Positions 11,460 to 20,154 of a stretch of 64,000 nucleotides of DNA are shown here, in pieces; the first letter of the stretch is position 1, and each line of letters opens with the position of its first letter. A program made the position numbers and the translations under genes. The stretch covers positions 439,944-503,943 of the forward strand of contig KV454018.1 in assembly GCA_001661245.1 (NCBI GenBank), given 5' to 3'. This DNA comes from Pachysolen tannophilus NRRL Y-2460. Taxonomy: Eukaryota. Below the pieces are notes generated by a model. That model saw only the letters and a program-made list of their open reading frames with translations, made no database searches and had not been told where the DNA came from.

Positions 11460-12425
11460 ATGAGTGAACTGGAGTTTGAGCTGGCAAAGGATAAGGTGGA
11501 GGAGTTGGAGAATGGTTGTGATGATAATGACGAATATAATGAAGATGAAGATGAGGATTTTGATCCCACAAAGTTTGGTGATAAGGATGGAGTGGATGAT
11601 GAAGATGAGGAAGAAGAAGAAGAGGGCAAGGCTTTGAAGAAGGTGAATAACAATAAGAAAAAGTCCAGGAAAGTTAGTGATGAGTATGATGAGGTGGAGG
11701 TACAAAAAGATATATCACGGGCTGGATATGATAAGATTGAAAGTTCAGAAGGTGGTTTAATAAAGACTAGAACTCAAAGGGCAAAAGAAGAACAAAATCT
11801 GGGGAAACAGTTTAAAACAATTTCTCAAGAACAAGATTCGAAACTTAATATTAATTCCATATGGAATGATTTAAAAACTGAATCAAGTTTAAAAATTACT
11901 AAAAGTTCATCTCCCATTGAAGAAGATAATATTAATTTGAATTTATCGGGTGATAAACAAGATTTTCAAAAACAAGAACCTGAGAAGATTAAGATTAAAA
12001 CTTCTTATGAGTTTGCAGGGGATATAATAACAGAAGATAAATGGGTAGATGCTTCATCTGCTGAAGCACAAGCATATTTAAATTCAACAAAATTAAAATC
12101 CACTTCTTTGGAAACTCCAATTCAGAGCCGAAATCAGAATCAACTTAAAGACTCACCACTGTCAATTTCAGGTGGTCCACAGAGAAAATCTTTCAAGAGG
12201 AAAAGACCATCGTTATTGGATGCTGTGATAAATGATTCCAAAGCATCCAAATTATCTACTTTGGAGAAATCAAGATTAGATTGGTCTAGTTATGTTGATA
12301 AACATAATATAAAAGATGAACTAAAAACAAATAAAAAAGGTGGATATTTGGATAAACAAGATTTCCTTTCAAGGGTAGAAAGAAATTTGGATGATAAGTA
12401 TAAAGCATCAAAGAAAAAATTATGA
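11460..12425 (+). CDS. SWC5: SWR1 complex subunit Swc5 (BCNT-C domain)
   Basis: Acidic N-terminus (EDEDFDP), GGLIKTR, YEFAG, KLSTLEKSRLDW...GGYLDKQDFLSRV. Confidence 0.95.
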   Translation: MSELEFELAKDKVEELENGCDDNDEYNEDEDEDFDPTKFGDKDGVDDEDEEEEEEGKALKKVNNNKKKSRKVSDEYDEVEVQKDISRAGYDKIESSEGGLIKTRTQRAKEEQNLGKQFKTISQEQDSKLNINSIWNDLKTESSLKITKSSSPIEEDNINLNLSGDKQDFQKQEPEKIKIKTSYEFAGDIITEDKWVDASSAEAQAYLNSTKLKSTSLETPIQSRNQNQLKDSPLSISGGPQRKSFKRKRPSLLDAVINDSKASKLSTLEKSRLDWSSYVDKHNIKDELKTNKKGGYLDKQDFLSRVERNLDDKYKASKKKL

Positions 12426-12594
12426 GTTTTTCTATACGAAATTTTTTTTTTGGCAAATGTATATTATATTATAATTTAATAATATGGAAAAGACAATTAA
12501 TGTACTTATTATTAAACCTTTTTTACTTTTATTCTTGCAATAGAAAAGAAAAAAAAATATGAAAAACTGGAAAACTTCCTTTTTACATGATAAA

Positions 12595-14937
12595 CTATAA
12601 ATGTGGAATACCTAAACTCGTAAATAACATTGTAAGACAACTTAATAAACCTTCTCCTAAAACTAAACCGCTAGAAAACACAATCATACGAATTTTCCCA
12701 TCATGACTATGATTACAATGCCTTAACCAGAAATAAGCAATCATTCCTCCAACAAACCTTGCTAATGTGAAAGATGGAGTATTATAAATACCAATACCAA
12801 CAGCAACACCGCTTGGTAAATAAACTAATTTACTATGAATATTATGACTTTTAGGGTAAATATTTTTAAGTAATGAAATAATAACAAATACAACCATAAA
12901 GAAAATTGAAAATCCCAAAGCATATTTTGGTAATCCCTTACCAGTAACTAATCTTGAACAATCAATCCAAATAACAGCAGTTGGAACTCTAAAGATTTTA
13001 CCAGGTATTTCATAAACCAGATTATAAATTTTGTACATAATTGATGATAAGAAAATTGAATAAGTTGCACCGATAAGCTGAGCTATAAATTGAGCTTGAG
13101 GTGAAGCTCCAATAAGATGCCCCGTTTTCAAATCTTGCATCAAATCACCAGCCTGTTGAGCACCTGCTTCAGCTATACCACCAGCAACTAAATTTATTAA
13201 TACTGCACCTGGAACAGAATTTGGAATAACTAATGCAAAAAACAATTGAGATAATTTCCCAATTCCACTAACTGGATTCAAATCTGTTTCTCCTAATGCT
13301 CTGACACCTAAAACAGAAAGAAAAAGTGACAAGATTATTGATATCACCAAGGCATATACTGGTATCACTGGTCCAAATACTAATCTAACAGCAATAATAC
13401 ATCCAATTGATGATATTATCAACCCTATAATCGTGACACGCATTGAAACCAAATGACTTGGGTCTAAATCAATATCTGCTTTGTCCAGTACTTCATCTAT
13501 AAAGCTAGACTTGTTATGAGAAATTTCTTCGGTATTATTATCTTCTTCGTGTTCACCATGGTAAGCACTACTATGTGGTTGATTATTAGAACCACGATCT
13601 ACACGTGTATGAATTAAAGGATGTTCATCGGCAGCATCATTCGTAGTGGCACTTACCGTTTCCAAATACCTTCTGTTTACTGTATAACTCAGGTATAATT
13701 GAAATAATGATCTGATAGTGACGACCAAGAATGATACCACAGAATCTGCAACCATCACCGATAAACTTATCCATAATATCCATCCCTGTCCACCATCTTT
13801 CCAATCATCAATCTCTCCTGGAGCCCATTCAAAATATTTCAGCATAGGTGCCAATATTCCCCACCCTAATATAGCACCGACTAACATATATGATACAGTC
13901 AGGGGTCCCATTATAATACCTTGACCAACGTATGCTGGAGATGGTTGAAAATTCCAAAGATAATTTTGTGAAAGATATGAAGAAAAAATTGGCAATGATC
14001 TCAAGATGGGTATAAAATAAGCCAATATTGTATAAAAAGCAGATAATGAGAAAGTTATAGTTAAAGCTCTAATATTTTTTCTATATGTTTCAACCCTTTT
14101 CAAAGGATCAATATCTTGAGCTTCAATTATTGTTAAATTACTTCCTCTTCCATTTTGAATATTTATATTAATTTGCTCTCCTTGTGGGAATTGTTGTTCA
14201 TCGTCCAAGATAACTGTTCTTGCTTCATCGTTTTGTGATTCTTCATTCTCTGACTCATTAATACTACTAGCGATTTCATTACTTGAACTTCCATCACCGT
14301 CATCTGTTCTATCTGTATTGTCAATCTTACTTGCTGATGGGTTAACTTCATTTTCATCATCTTGAAAATCATCATAGATTTCAGTATTGTGTAAAACAGA
14401 AATCAATGTTGCAGTGGCACTTCCACTAGGAAATGGTAATTTTTCTTTTATAACTACTTGTTTTCTCAATGGAACTGCAAAGAAAACTCCAAAAAATGCT
14501 AATCCAGTAGACCAAATACATAATTGTAATAATGATAATTGAATTGGTTTATCTAAACCACTTTCCTCCACAGTTAAAAATTTTTCAAGAGCAGGTATTA
14601 TTCCAACAAATCCATATGCTAAAGGACCAGTACCTACCGCAACAGCAATACTCTGTACAAATACATTTTCCACATCTGTAAATTTATAATTTAAATAAGA
14701 TTGTAATGATTTAAACATTGCAAAACCTAATAACGCAGACGGTAAAGACATCATTGAAACCCAACCTGTTTGTAATCCAAATTGAAAATTTGAAATCAAA
14801 ACTATAGTACCTATTATCAAACCAGCAATAGTTGATCTTAACGTTATTTGAGGTAATATGGCCTTTGCCGACCATTTAGCATATTTTGACATTGTATAAT
14901 CCTCTTCTCTTGAGTTCACCCCTCTATCAGTAGACAT
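12595..14937 (-). CDS. OPT/YSL-family oligopeptide transporter (YGL114W-like)
   Basis: NFQFGLQTGWVSMMSLP, LPFPSGSATA, SPAYVGQGIIMG, GETDLNPVSGIGK, GDLMQDLKTGHL, with many TM segments. Confidence 0.92.
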   Translation of the reverse strand: MSTDRGVNSREEDYTMSKYAKWSAKAILPQITLRSTIAGLIIGTIVLISNFQFGLQTGWVSMMSLPSALLGFAMFKSLQSYLNYKFTDVENVFVQSIAVAVGTGPLAYGFVGIIPALEKFLTVEESGLDKPIQLSLLQLCIWSTGLAFFGVFFAVPLRKQVVIKEKLPFPSGSATATLISVLHNTEIYDDFQDDENEVNPSASKIDNTDRTDDGDGSSSNEIASSINESENEESQNDEARTVILDDEQQFPQGEQININIQNGRGSNLTIIEAQDIDPLKRVETYRKNIRALTITFSLSAFYTILAYFIPILRSLPIFSSYLSQNYLWNFQPSPAYVGQGIIMGPLTVSYMLVGAILGWGILAPMLKYFEWAPGEIDDWKDGGQGWILWISLSVMVADSVVSFLVVTIRSLFQLYLSYTVNRRYLETVSATTNDAADEHPLIHTRVDRGSNNQPHSSAYHGEHEEDNNTEEISHNKSSFIDEVLDKADIDLDPSHLVSMRVTIIGLIISSIGCIIAVRLVFGPVIPVYALVISIILSLFLSVLGVRALGETDLNPVSGIGKLSQLFFALVIPNSVPGAVLINLVAGGIAEAGAQQAGDLMQDLKTGHLIGASPQAQFIAQLIGATYSIFLSSIMYKIYNLVYEIPGKIFRVPTAVIWIDCSRLVTGKGLPKYALGFSIFFMVVFVIISLLKNIYPKSHNIHSKLVYLPSGVAVGIGIYNTPSFTLARFVGGMIAYFWLRHCNHSHDGKIRMIVFSSGLVLGEGLLSCLTMLFTSLGIPHL

Positions 14938-15426
14938 TTTCTCATTGATAATAAATTACAATTTTATGTTCTCAACTTTCTTTTATACTTCAACGGCAAC
15001 GGACCTATTTCCTAAATTAAAGAGCAAAATAAAGAAGAAGATGAAGAATAAAAGGCTAAAAAAAAAGGCTAAAAAAAAAACAAAAAAACACCTTCAAAAC
15101 TCCAGCAAAATAAATAAATAAAAACAAATCAATAGAGAGGATTTCCCTAAATGCGATTCCAATTAACTATCTCTTTTCTTTTCTTATTTACAATTGTTAT
15201 AAATATTGTATTTACTTTTATTCTTTTAATTTGTAATAATTTATAGACTATTTTTCATATTCTTCGCTTATCACTAGATGGTGAAAGAGTTTCCCTTTTA
15301 GGTTACTTATCGAGAGAATAGATTTTAGTTGAAGAAAACAGCAAAAAAACCCAAATAATTGGTTCAAAAAAAAATTAAAAACGTAGCTAGCTGATCATTT
15401 TATTTATGTTATTTATGTTATTTAAT

Positions 15427-16596
15427 CTACAGTTCGAGTTGAACGTCATCGTCGTCATCATTATTATTATTATCATCATCACCATCCAGGTCACCGAATA
15501 AGATATATTTCAAGATATCACTTAAAGTGATAACACTTATCAATTTTCCATTTTCATCTACAATGAATAATCTGTGTAATCTTGATTTTCTTATTGTTTC
15601 CATGATTGTGCTTAGTCTATCGTTTAGAGTACAAGTGTAAACGCCTTCGAAATCTTCGGATCTTCTCATCAATGCTTCACCTACACTTAGTGATAAATCT
15701 GTATATAAACCACCTTTTATCAAAGTAAGGACATCATAAGCTTCATAAACGTTGATTAACTTATCGTTTTCATCCACTATTGGCACTGAGGAGACGGAAT
15801 TTTGTGATAAGACATGAATAACGTCAATTACAGGGGTTTCCATTGTAGCTCTTAACATTTGTTTCTCAGTTCCTATATTTATATCTTTTAAAGGTCTTAA
15901 TAACATTCTTGTTTCACGACAATTTAATGCCACGAATTTCAAGATTCTATATTGAGTCAATACAGAGACAACAATTTCTCTATTTGTCTTTTCATCTTCA
16001 TCAATTAAAGGTATTCTTCTTGCCTTTGAGTCTATCATCTTAACACATGCTTCATATAACGATTTAAAAGGATGACTTGATATTGTTTCTATTGGTTCCA
16101 CTGAAATTGCCTTTTCAACATCTCTTAAACCATCCAAGGTTAATTTTTCTACCAAATCAAATTTATCAGGGAATTGAAAATAATATTGTATAACGTTAAT
16201 AAAATCAGAAGAAGTTAAAAGTCCAGCAAATCTTGAAGTCTTATTATTCCAAAGTGGAGCTGATACAATTGAATTTTGTAACAAGATATTTAAAGATTTC
16301 TTGACCAACAATGAAGTATCCAATACAATTAACCTATATGAAACAGGTAATACATCATAAGAAGTTTTACTTTTTAAAAAAAGCCTTATTGCTCTTAACG
16401 CTATTTTTTGATCCTTAGCAATTTGTTCCGTAGTTAATGAAGAAACCAAATCCTTATGATGATGATGGTGATGATATGATGGAGAACTAGCATCAGCAGA
16501 TGTAGAAGACGACGTGGAAGCTGTTTGAAGCAACAGCAGCTGCAGTTGTTGTTGCTGTTGCTGTTGTTGTTGTTGCTGTTGTGATACGGATGACAT
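15427..16596 (-). CDS. SNF4: AMPK gamma subunit Snf4 (4 CBS domains)
   Basis: KTSYDVLPVSYRLIVLDTSLLVKKSLNILLQNSIVSAPLW, VSVLTQYRILKFVALN. Confidence 0.97.
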   Translation of the reverse strand: MSSVSQQQQQQQQQQQQLQLLLLQTASTSSSTSADASSPSYHHHHHHKDLVSSLTTEQIAKDQKIALRAIRLFLKSKTSYDVLPVSYRLIVLDTSLLVKKSLNILLQNSIVSAPLWNNKTSRFAGLLTSSDFINVIQYYFQFPDKFDLVEKLTLDGLRDVEKAISVEPIETISSHPFKSLYEACVKMIDSKARRIPLIDEDEKTNREIVVSVLTQYRILKFVALNCRETRMLLRPLKDINIGTEKQMLRATMETPVIDVIHVLSQNSVSSVPIVDENDKLINVYEAYDVLTLIKGGLYTDLSLSVGEALMRRSEDFEGVYTCTLNDRLSTIMETIRKSRLHRLFIVDENGKLISVITLSDILKYILFGDLDGDDDNNNNDDDDDVQLEL

Positions 16597-17078
16597 GTCA
16601 ATAAATAACTACCTCAGGCAAAAAAAAAAACCCAATTTGTGAAATTTTATTCTAATTTATTCTAATTTAATTTAATTTATTAATATAATATATGCCTTAT
16701 CATTCAATCAAACAAAAATTTCTCTCTTCCTATTGACCTATTAGGATATATAACTTAAAATTACTTCAAATTTATTAATATTAATAAATCATTAATTATA
16801 TATAGTATTTAACCTTTTCTATTTTCTCTGTTCTCTGTCCTCTGTTCTTTACCTTTAAACAACCAAACACCAAATAAGGTATAAAACAAATATTTCCCGA
16901 ATCGGTAATTACATACACGACTTCCAAAAACAGCTTTTTTATTGTTTCTAAACACGCCTTTTTGTTTTAAAACGAAAAGGGAAAGATGAAAGCAAAGAAT
17001 CAATTTACCCTACTTTTGAAAAGTTTTACAAGTTTACCCGGACTTTGAAGAAAAAAAAATTTTTGATTTTCTTTTTGG

Positions 17079-17086
17079 TATAAATA
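17079..17086 (+). promoter_or_regulatory. TATA box of the U2 snRNA gene
   Basis: TATAAATA about 40 nt upstream of the U2 5' end. Confidence 0.6.
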
Positions 17087-17123
17087 GAGCTGTTTCCCCT
17101 TTAGAAATCCTATTTTTTGAAAA

Positions 17124-17335
17124 ACCAATCTCTTTGCCTTTTGGCTTAGATCAAGTGTAGTATCTGTTCTTTTCAGTGTAACAACTGAAATGTCATCCAT
17201 TGATGACTATTTTAAATAATTGTTACATTTATTTTTGGAATTTAAGTCGGTTAAATCTCTACTGTTGGGCTTGCTCAATGGTTTAGATTTAACCAAGGTG
17301 TCGCTGCTATTGCACTAAAGGCTTCTGACACCGAT
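17124..17335 (+). ncRNA. LSR1: U2 spliceosomal snRNA (about 210 nt)
   Basis: ATCTCTTTGCCTTTTGGCTTAGATCAAGTGTAGTATCTGTTCTTTTCAGTGTAACAACTGA includes the branch-site recognition sequence GTAGTA. Sm site ATTTTTGG at ~17231, stem III GGTTAAATCT...AGATTTAACC, stem IV GGTGTC...ATTGCAC...GACACC. Confidence 0.97.
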
Positions 17336-17420
17336 TTTAAAACTTTTTAAAAAAAAAANAATAATAATATATTATTTATTTATTTTATTTATTTATTTAT
17401 TATTATTATATATATATATA

Positions 17421-17797
17421 NNNNNNNNNNNNNNNNNNNNNNNNNNNNNNNNNNNNNNNNNNNNNNNNNNNNNNNNNNNNNNNNNNNNNNNNNNNNNNNN
17501 NNNNNNNNNNNNNNNNNNNNNNNNNNNNNNNNNNNNNNNNNNNNNNNNNNNNNNNNNNNNNNNNNNNNNNNNNNNNNNNNNNNNNNNNNNNNNNNNNNNN
17601 NNNNNNNNNNNNNNNNNNNNNNNNNNNNNNNNNNNNNNNNNNNNNNNNNNNNNNNNNNNNNNNNNNNNNNNNNNNNNNNNNNNNNNNNNNNNNNNNNNNN
17701 NNNNNNNNNNNNNNNNNNNNNNNNNNNNNNNNNNNNNNNNNNNNNNNNNNNNNNNNNNNNNNNNNNNNNNNNNNNNNNNNNNNNNNNNNNNNNNNNN
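17421..17797. other. Assembly gap
   Basis: Run of N flanked by AT microsatellite and poly-T. Confidence 0.99.
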
Positions 17798-17971
17798 TNT
17801 TNTTTTTTTTTTTTTTATTTTAATTTTTAAATCTAGCTTTAATTGAGTTCAATTAAAGAGGTTTAAAAATTAAAAATTGATTTTTAAAAAAAAAACTAAA
17901 ACTTTTTCTTTTATTAAAATAAAATAAAATAAAATAAAATAAAATAAAGAACTAATAATAATATAAAACAA

Positions 17972-19201
17972 TTACGCCCACTTACCCAACAATGCCATTA
18001 AACCTGCACCTGTACATAAGATTACATAGGCAAAGATCATTTTCTTTAAATTTGCTTTACCTTTAAATTCATCACTGAATAAAAATTCATGAGCCATTAA
18101 TTCGACTAAACCTGTATATATTAAGATACCTGCAGATATGGAATCAAAGCAACCATTTGTAATTAAAGCTCTTCTAGAATTTGGAGGATAAGAAGTTCTT
18201 ACACCAAGACCAATAGCTATAGAAATTGGTGTTGTTATAGCATATGCCAGAGACATTAACCATGGTGTCCATTTTTTAGATTTAGGCCATGGAGTTTGAG
18301 CAATTCTTGTACCTAAACCTAAACCTTCAAAACATTGATGAAATACCAAGACAATATATAAAGTTTTAAATTCATCACCTGAAACAGCCAAAGTTAATCC
18401 AATGAAAACAGAATGGAAAATAATACCAAATTCTAATACAAAAATGTTTAATAATTGTCCATAATACAGTTCTTTTTCTGGATCAGCACCTGGAGTTTCA
18501 AGAACTTCCATATTTTGATGATCCAGAGCATGTGAAAAATGTTTTGGAAGCATAGCTTTCAATTGTTTTTGTTTATCATCATCACAAGTAGCTTGTGTTT
18601 CAATATCATCTTGAACTGTTTCAGGGAAATTTTTCAGTCCATCAATTCCATCTTTTTCTTCATCATTTTCATCATTTTCTTCATTTTCTTCTTGTTCATT
18701 AGTTTCAGCTTCTTCCTTATGATGATCATGATTACTACCATGACGTACATATAAACTTTCATCTCCAAAATGACTATGTGTATGTGCAGTAGCAGCTCCA
18801 TTTTCAATATCTGGATTATAAGTTTGATTTTCAATATATTTATAAGCAAGTAATTCAGAAAAAAATAAAGTGAATAAAGTCATCAATGCAATACCAAATG
18901 CCCAAGGGTATTCAGCAAAAGTACCACCAAGACAATCTTCAGAAAGATTTTCATTAGCAGGTTGAAGTAAATGAATAAAAGCAGTTGCAACAATAACACC
19001 TGAACCAAAATATTTTGCAACAAAAAAACATAATGGGGGTAATCTTATAAAAGAATATTTTGATGATAATACTGGGAAAAAGGCACCAAATGCAGATGTT
19101 GCCATAATAACAAAAACTGCAGATATCCTCACACCCATATTACCATTGTAATCATTACCCGATTCGCAGGCATCACGAGGTATTAACTGTACTGGATCCA
19201 T
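17972..19201 (-). CDS. ZRT2: ZIP-family zinc transporter (Zrt2-like)
   Basis: KYFGSGVIVATAFIHLL, His-rich loop HTHSHFG, LEFGIIFHSVFIG, FHQCFEGLGLG, C-terminal MALLGKWA. Adjacent to DIP2 as in S. cerevisiae. Confidence 0.9.
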   Translation of the reverse strand: MDPVQLIPRDACESGNDYNGNMGVRISAVFVIMATSAFGAFFPVLSSKYSFIRLPPLCFFVAKYFGSGVIVATAFIHLLQPANENLSEDCLGGTFAEYPWAFGIALMTLFTLFFSELLAYKYIENQTYNPDIENGAATAHTHSHFGDESLYVRHGSNHDHHKEEAETNEQEENEENDENDEEKDGIDGLKNFPETVQDDIETQATCDDDKQKQLKAMLPKHFSHALDHQNMEVLETPGADPEKELYYGQLLNIFVLEFGIIFHSVFIGLTLAVSGDEFKTLYIVLVFHQCFEGLGLGTRIAQTPWPKSKKWTPWLMSLAYAITTPISIAIGLGVRTSYPPNSRRALITNGCFDSISAGILIYTGLVELMAHEFLFSDEFKGKANLKKMIFAYVILCTGAGLMALLGKWA

Positions 19202-20154
19202 ATTGATGTGAAATAATACTGAATTGGGATTCGATAATTGAAATAATAATAATAATAAAAATTAAAAAAGATCTGCTCGTTAAAATAATCGACACTTTTA
19301 CCTCACTTTTATATTTAATACTTTTGAATAACCTCACTCAAATAATCTAAGCTTTAGCCCATTTAAAATGCAATAAAATATATATAACCTCTACCAGCAA
19401 GAAAGAAAGAAACAAAAAAACGTTATAACTATAAAATTACCTGAATAAAAACAACAATACTGGTTTTCTGGTCTATCTCTATAATTTAATATGCAGAATT
19501 TAGTTTCATTTGTCGAATCACCTCTCTTTCACGATACAACCAAACAAAAAAATAATAAGTGGAAATGAATAAAAAAAAACCGAAAAGAAAAAAGTATCAC
19601 CGATTCAACTGTACATTCCACTGTGTCATCTAACAAATGTCTCACTAATAATAATTCATCCATCATAAGGTTGAATAATGAATAACCATTATCGTTGAAA
19701 AATTTTGATGCGGCTCGAATTGAAAAAAAAAAAAAATTTTTCTTATTTTTTTTTTTCAACTGTAGTGGTTATCATAAGGTTATGAAATTTTAAGGTATTT
19801 TTGGTGAAATAGCAAATATATAATAAGACAAATTGATTTTCAGTGTTCTGATACAAACTAAGTTAAAAGTTTTATGGCCATTACTGACATTGTATTTTAT
19901 TCTATTCCATTTATCGCCTATCGAATGAATAGTAAGATGATTGTATTTTGTATGTGTCTGATGTAGCAAATAGTGGTAGCGGGATTCACGTTATCGTAAG
20001 CGTTTTTTTACTTTTTCTTTTTTTTATTTAATTTTTTTAATTTTTTGTCTTTCTCTCTTTCTGATCATGTAATCATACATATTTACACATGATAATATAA
20101 AATAGAATAATTATTTTTAAGCATTAATTGGGCTGTAATCTGGGTGAGCGAGAT

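Noticed and set aside
17000..17200. 66-aa ORF MDDISVVTLKRTDTTLDLSQK
   Set aside because: It is the antisense translation of the U2 snRNA gene.
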